Under the pieces are notes generated by a model that was given only the letters and a program-made list of their open reading frames with translations, was not told where the DNA came from and did not search any database. Shown here in pieces: positions 61,847 through 64,000 of a stretch of 64,000 nucleotides of DNA. The position numbers were made by a program, and so were the translations under genes. The stretch spans positions 4,774,001 to 4,838,000 of the forward strand of contig OZ316775.1 in NCBI GenBank assembly GCA_973851085.1, written 5' to 3'. This DNA comes from Ptychomitrium polyphyllum. Taxonomy: Eukaryota. Positions within the stretch are counted from its first letter, which is position 1. Every line of letters starts with the position of its first letter.

Positions 61847-64000
61847 TTTTAAGCTCTGCAGATCAAAACCTCCAAACCAAGCAATAGAATCAACAAAACA
61901 TCTCATTCGCAACACACCTAAAAGCACACAAGATCTCCAACCACTCCCCAACTTCCAGAACACCAAAACACAGCAACCCCAAAATCTCACCACATTAAAA
62001 TAAAATCACCTAACCACCACATATCCCTAAAATTATTCACCTCTCCCAATTACCTCCCAACCACCTCCCATAACCAAAACCATCACAAAAACCGAAATTA
62101 AAAACCAAAATACACCATATCAACTAGAAAAGCCAACCTCAGAATTCGTTGCAAGTTATGCAGAACCTCAAGAAACACTCCAAAGCGAAAATTCTCGACG
62201 AGCTTGCAGAGCTTGCGATGCAGAAATGCAGACTGTCGTGAAGAATGGAGACCACGGTCGCCTGCACTGCATTATTATTCTTGACAATCAGGACGGTGGG
62301 ATGGTGGATTTGAGATGACGAGAGAAACAACAGTCGCTTGTTCCTCATCGTTTCGATCGTCTCCGATCGTCTCCGATTGCGCTCTCTTTCGCCTTAGTGC
62401 AAACATAAACGCGACATAGTGCTCCAAAAGCGTCACGATCTCTGTCTGCTTAAGGTATCAGGCATGAAAGTGGTGGTTTTGAATGAAGCAACTTCTTTTG
62501 GTTACGAATTTTTTCTTGTTGTTTTTGAAACGGAGGATTGTGGGTCGTTGGTAGATGCCAGGTTGAGGGGAGGGGTTTTGGAAGTGGACGTGTGGCTGGC
62601 GGCGGGACCCTCGAGGCTTGTTGCCTGTGGACAGGAGCTATATTTTGAGGGATGGGGCACGGAGCTATCTTTGCTGGGGCCTTTCTAGTGTCTCAAAGAG
62701 GCGTTCTTAGCTAGACATATTGAGCCTGCATTGCCTGCAGTATTTCCGTGATGGTTGCGAGGGAGGGTGGTGGTGATGGGGCTGTTTTTCGGGATAGACG
62801 GCCTTTCCGTCGTCTCACGCTCCGGAGGCAATTTCGGCATTTTTACGGGGGTCGACAGTGACTGGTGTGTTACTGAAGCATGTTACTGCAGTGGTGGTTA
62901 GCGACTTCGTAGTAATGTATGGAGCATAATTTCGTTTCAATTGCAGCCGTGTTCTGTGGCACATGAGATTCTCAATCGCCAGAAGTGGATCGAACTGATT
63001 ATAAGTACGGTACTGGTAAGTGAGAGAGTTTGTATTTGTAGGTGGAGTGTGAGTTTCTTGTTAGGTGTCGCAAGGGGCCTGGGTTGCAGATACTTTCAGC
63101 GGTTCCACAAGCCTTCCACGTGAACGTACCTTTCTGTTCTCCCACATGTTTTGCAATAGGACTTGTAAAGCAAGAGCCGGTGCATTCTTAATTCGGTCAT
63201 CCGAACGGCTTGACTAGCACAACTATTTCCAATATTATGCTCACCGGTTTGCAAGATACAATATACAGAATGTCACGCTCACCTGCAGCTGCTACTGTAG
63301 CATAAGCAAGTAAAACTGTTGTAACATCAATCAGGCAACGATGGAAATACTCTCTGCACATCGACAGTTTAGCACAAAGCTCGGATAAGAAAATGGTTAA
63401 CTCTGATTGAATTCACATCCATTAAAGCGAAGATCGAGAGCGACTGGCCATACAAACCAAAGTGAAAGCCAAAACAGCAGAATCAACTCTAGCACCCTCT
63501 CGTAACTCCTGCACAAACATGTCTTCAAAACATCTTGCATTTCTCACCAGAATCATGAGAATGCATATACAAAGAATGTTTATCTGTAACATTACAAGCA
63601 AGGAGGCAGTAACCACAAAACCTGCTGCATCCTCCTTCAATAGGGACGAGCACCTCGCAGTTATCTAATCAGAGGGGCCTGATTGTGTGCCCCGAAGCTA
63701 CAGTATAGTTTTAGTTTAGAAATCTTTTCTAAACAACTTGGTCGATAAAATCAAGGCGTAAGCTATATCTAACATTATGCGCAAAGCACTTAGTTGTCAT
63801 CACTACAATAATGCATTGAACACATCAGCTGTGGCTAGCCATTTATATGTAAGTGAGTGACATACGTCAGAACATGATTCAAGGCAACGTGACAACCACC
63901 TCCTTGCGATCAGCTCCATAAGACTGTACATGCACAACCATAGATATTAGCCAACTCTCCCAGGAGTCCAAAATCTCTAGCTTTCATCTAAAAACGGTAG

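Overview
Eukaryotic nuclear DNA, very probably from a moss (moss-type mitochondrial fragments with group II introns, a PPR65-like DYW editing factor, a chromoviral LTR element). The window is dominated by a large palindrome centred on a 100-N gap (18400-18499). It carries two head-to-head, virtually identical Nup155 genes with unusually GC-rich introns. The arms continue outward through AT-rich DNA and are bracketed by a much older inverted pair of intron-rich TET10-like tetraspanin genes. The right arm alone carries three insertions: a ~5.7 kb scrambled mitochondrial DNA mosaic (NUMT), a full-length Ty3/Gypsy chromovirus whose LTRs differ by roughly 10%, and a solo LTR of the same family. The arms are far more similar to each other than those LTRs are, and arm mismatches cluster next to the LTR insertion edges, which suggests ongoing arm-to-arm gene conversion (assembly homogenisation must be excluded). 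Downstream lie a PLS-DYW PPR gene, two tRNA-Pro genes and a plastid-type phosphoglycerate kinase gene with an in-frame stop. All coordinates, splice sites and divergences were read by eye, not computed.
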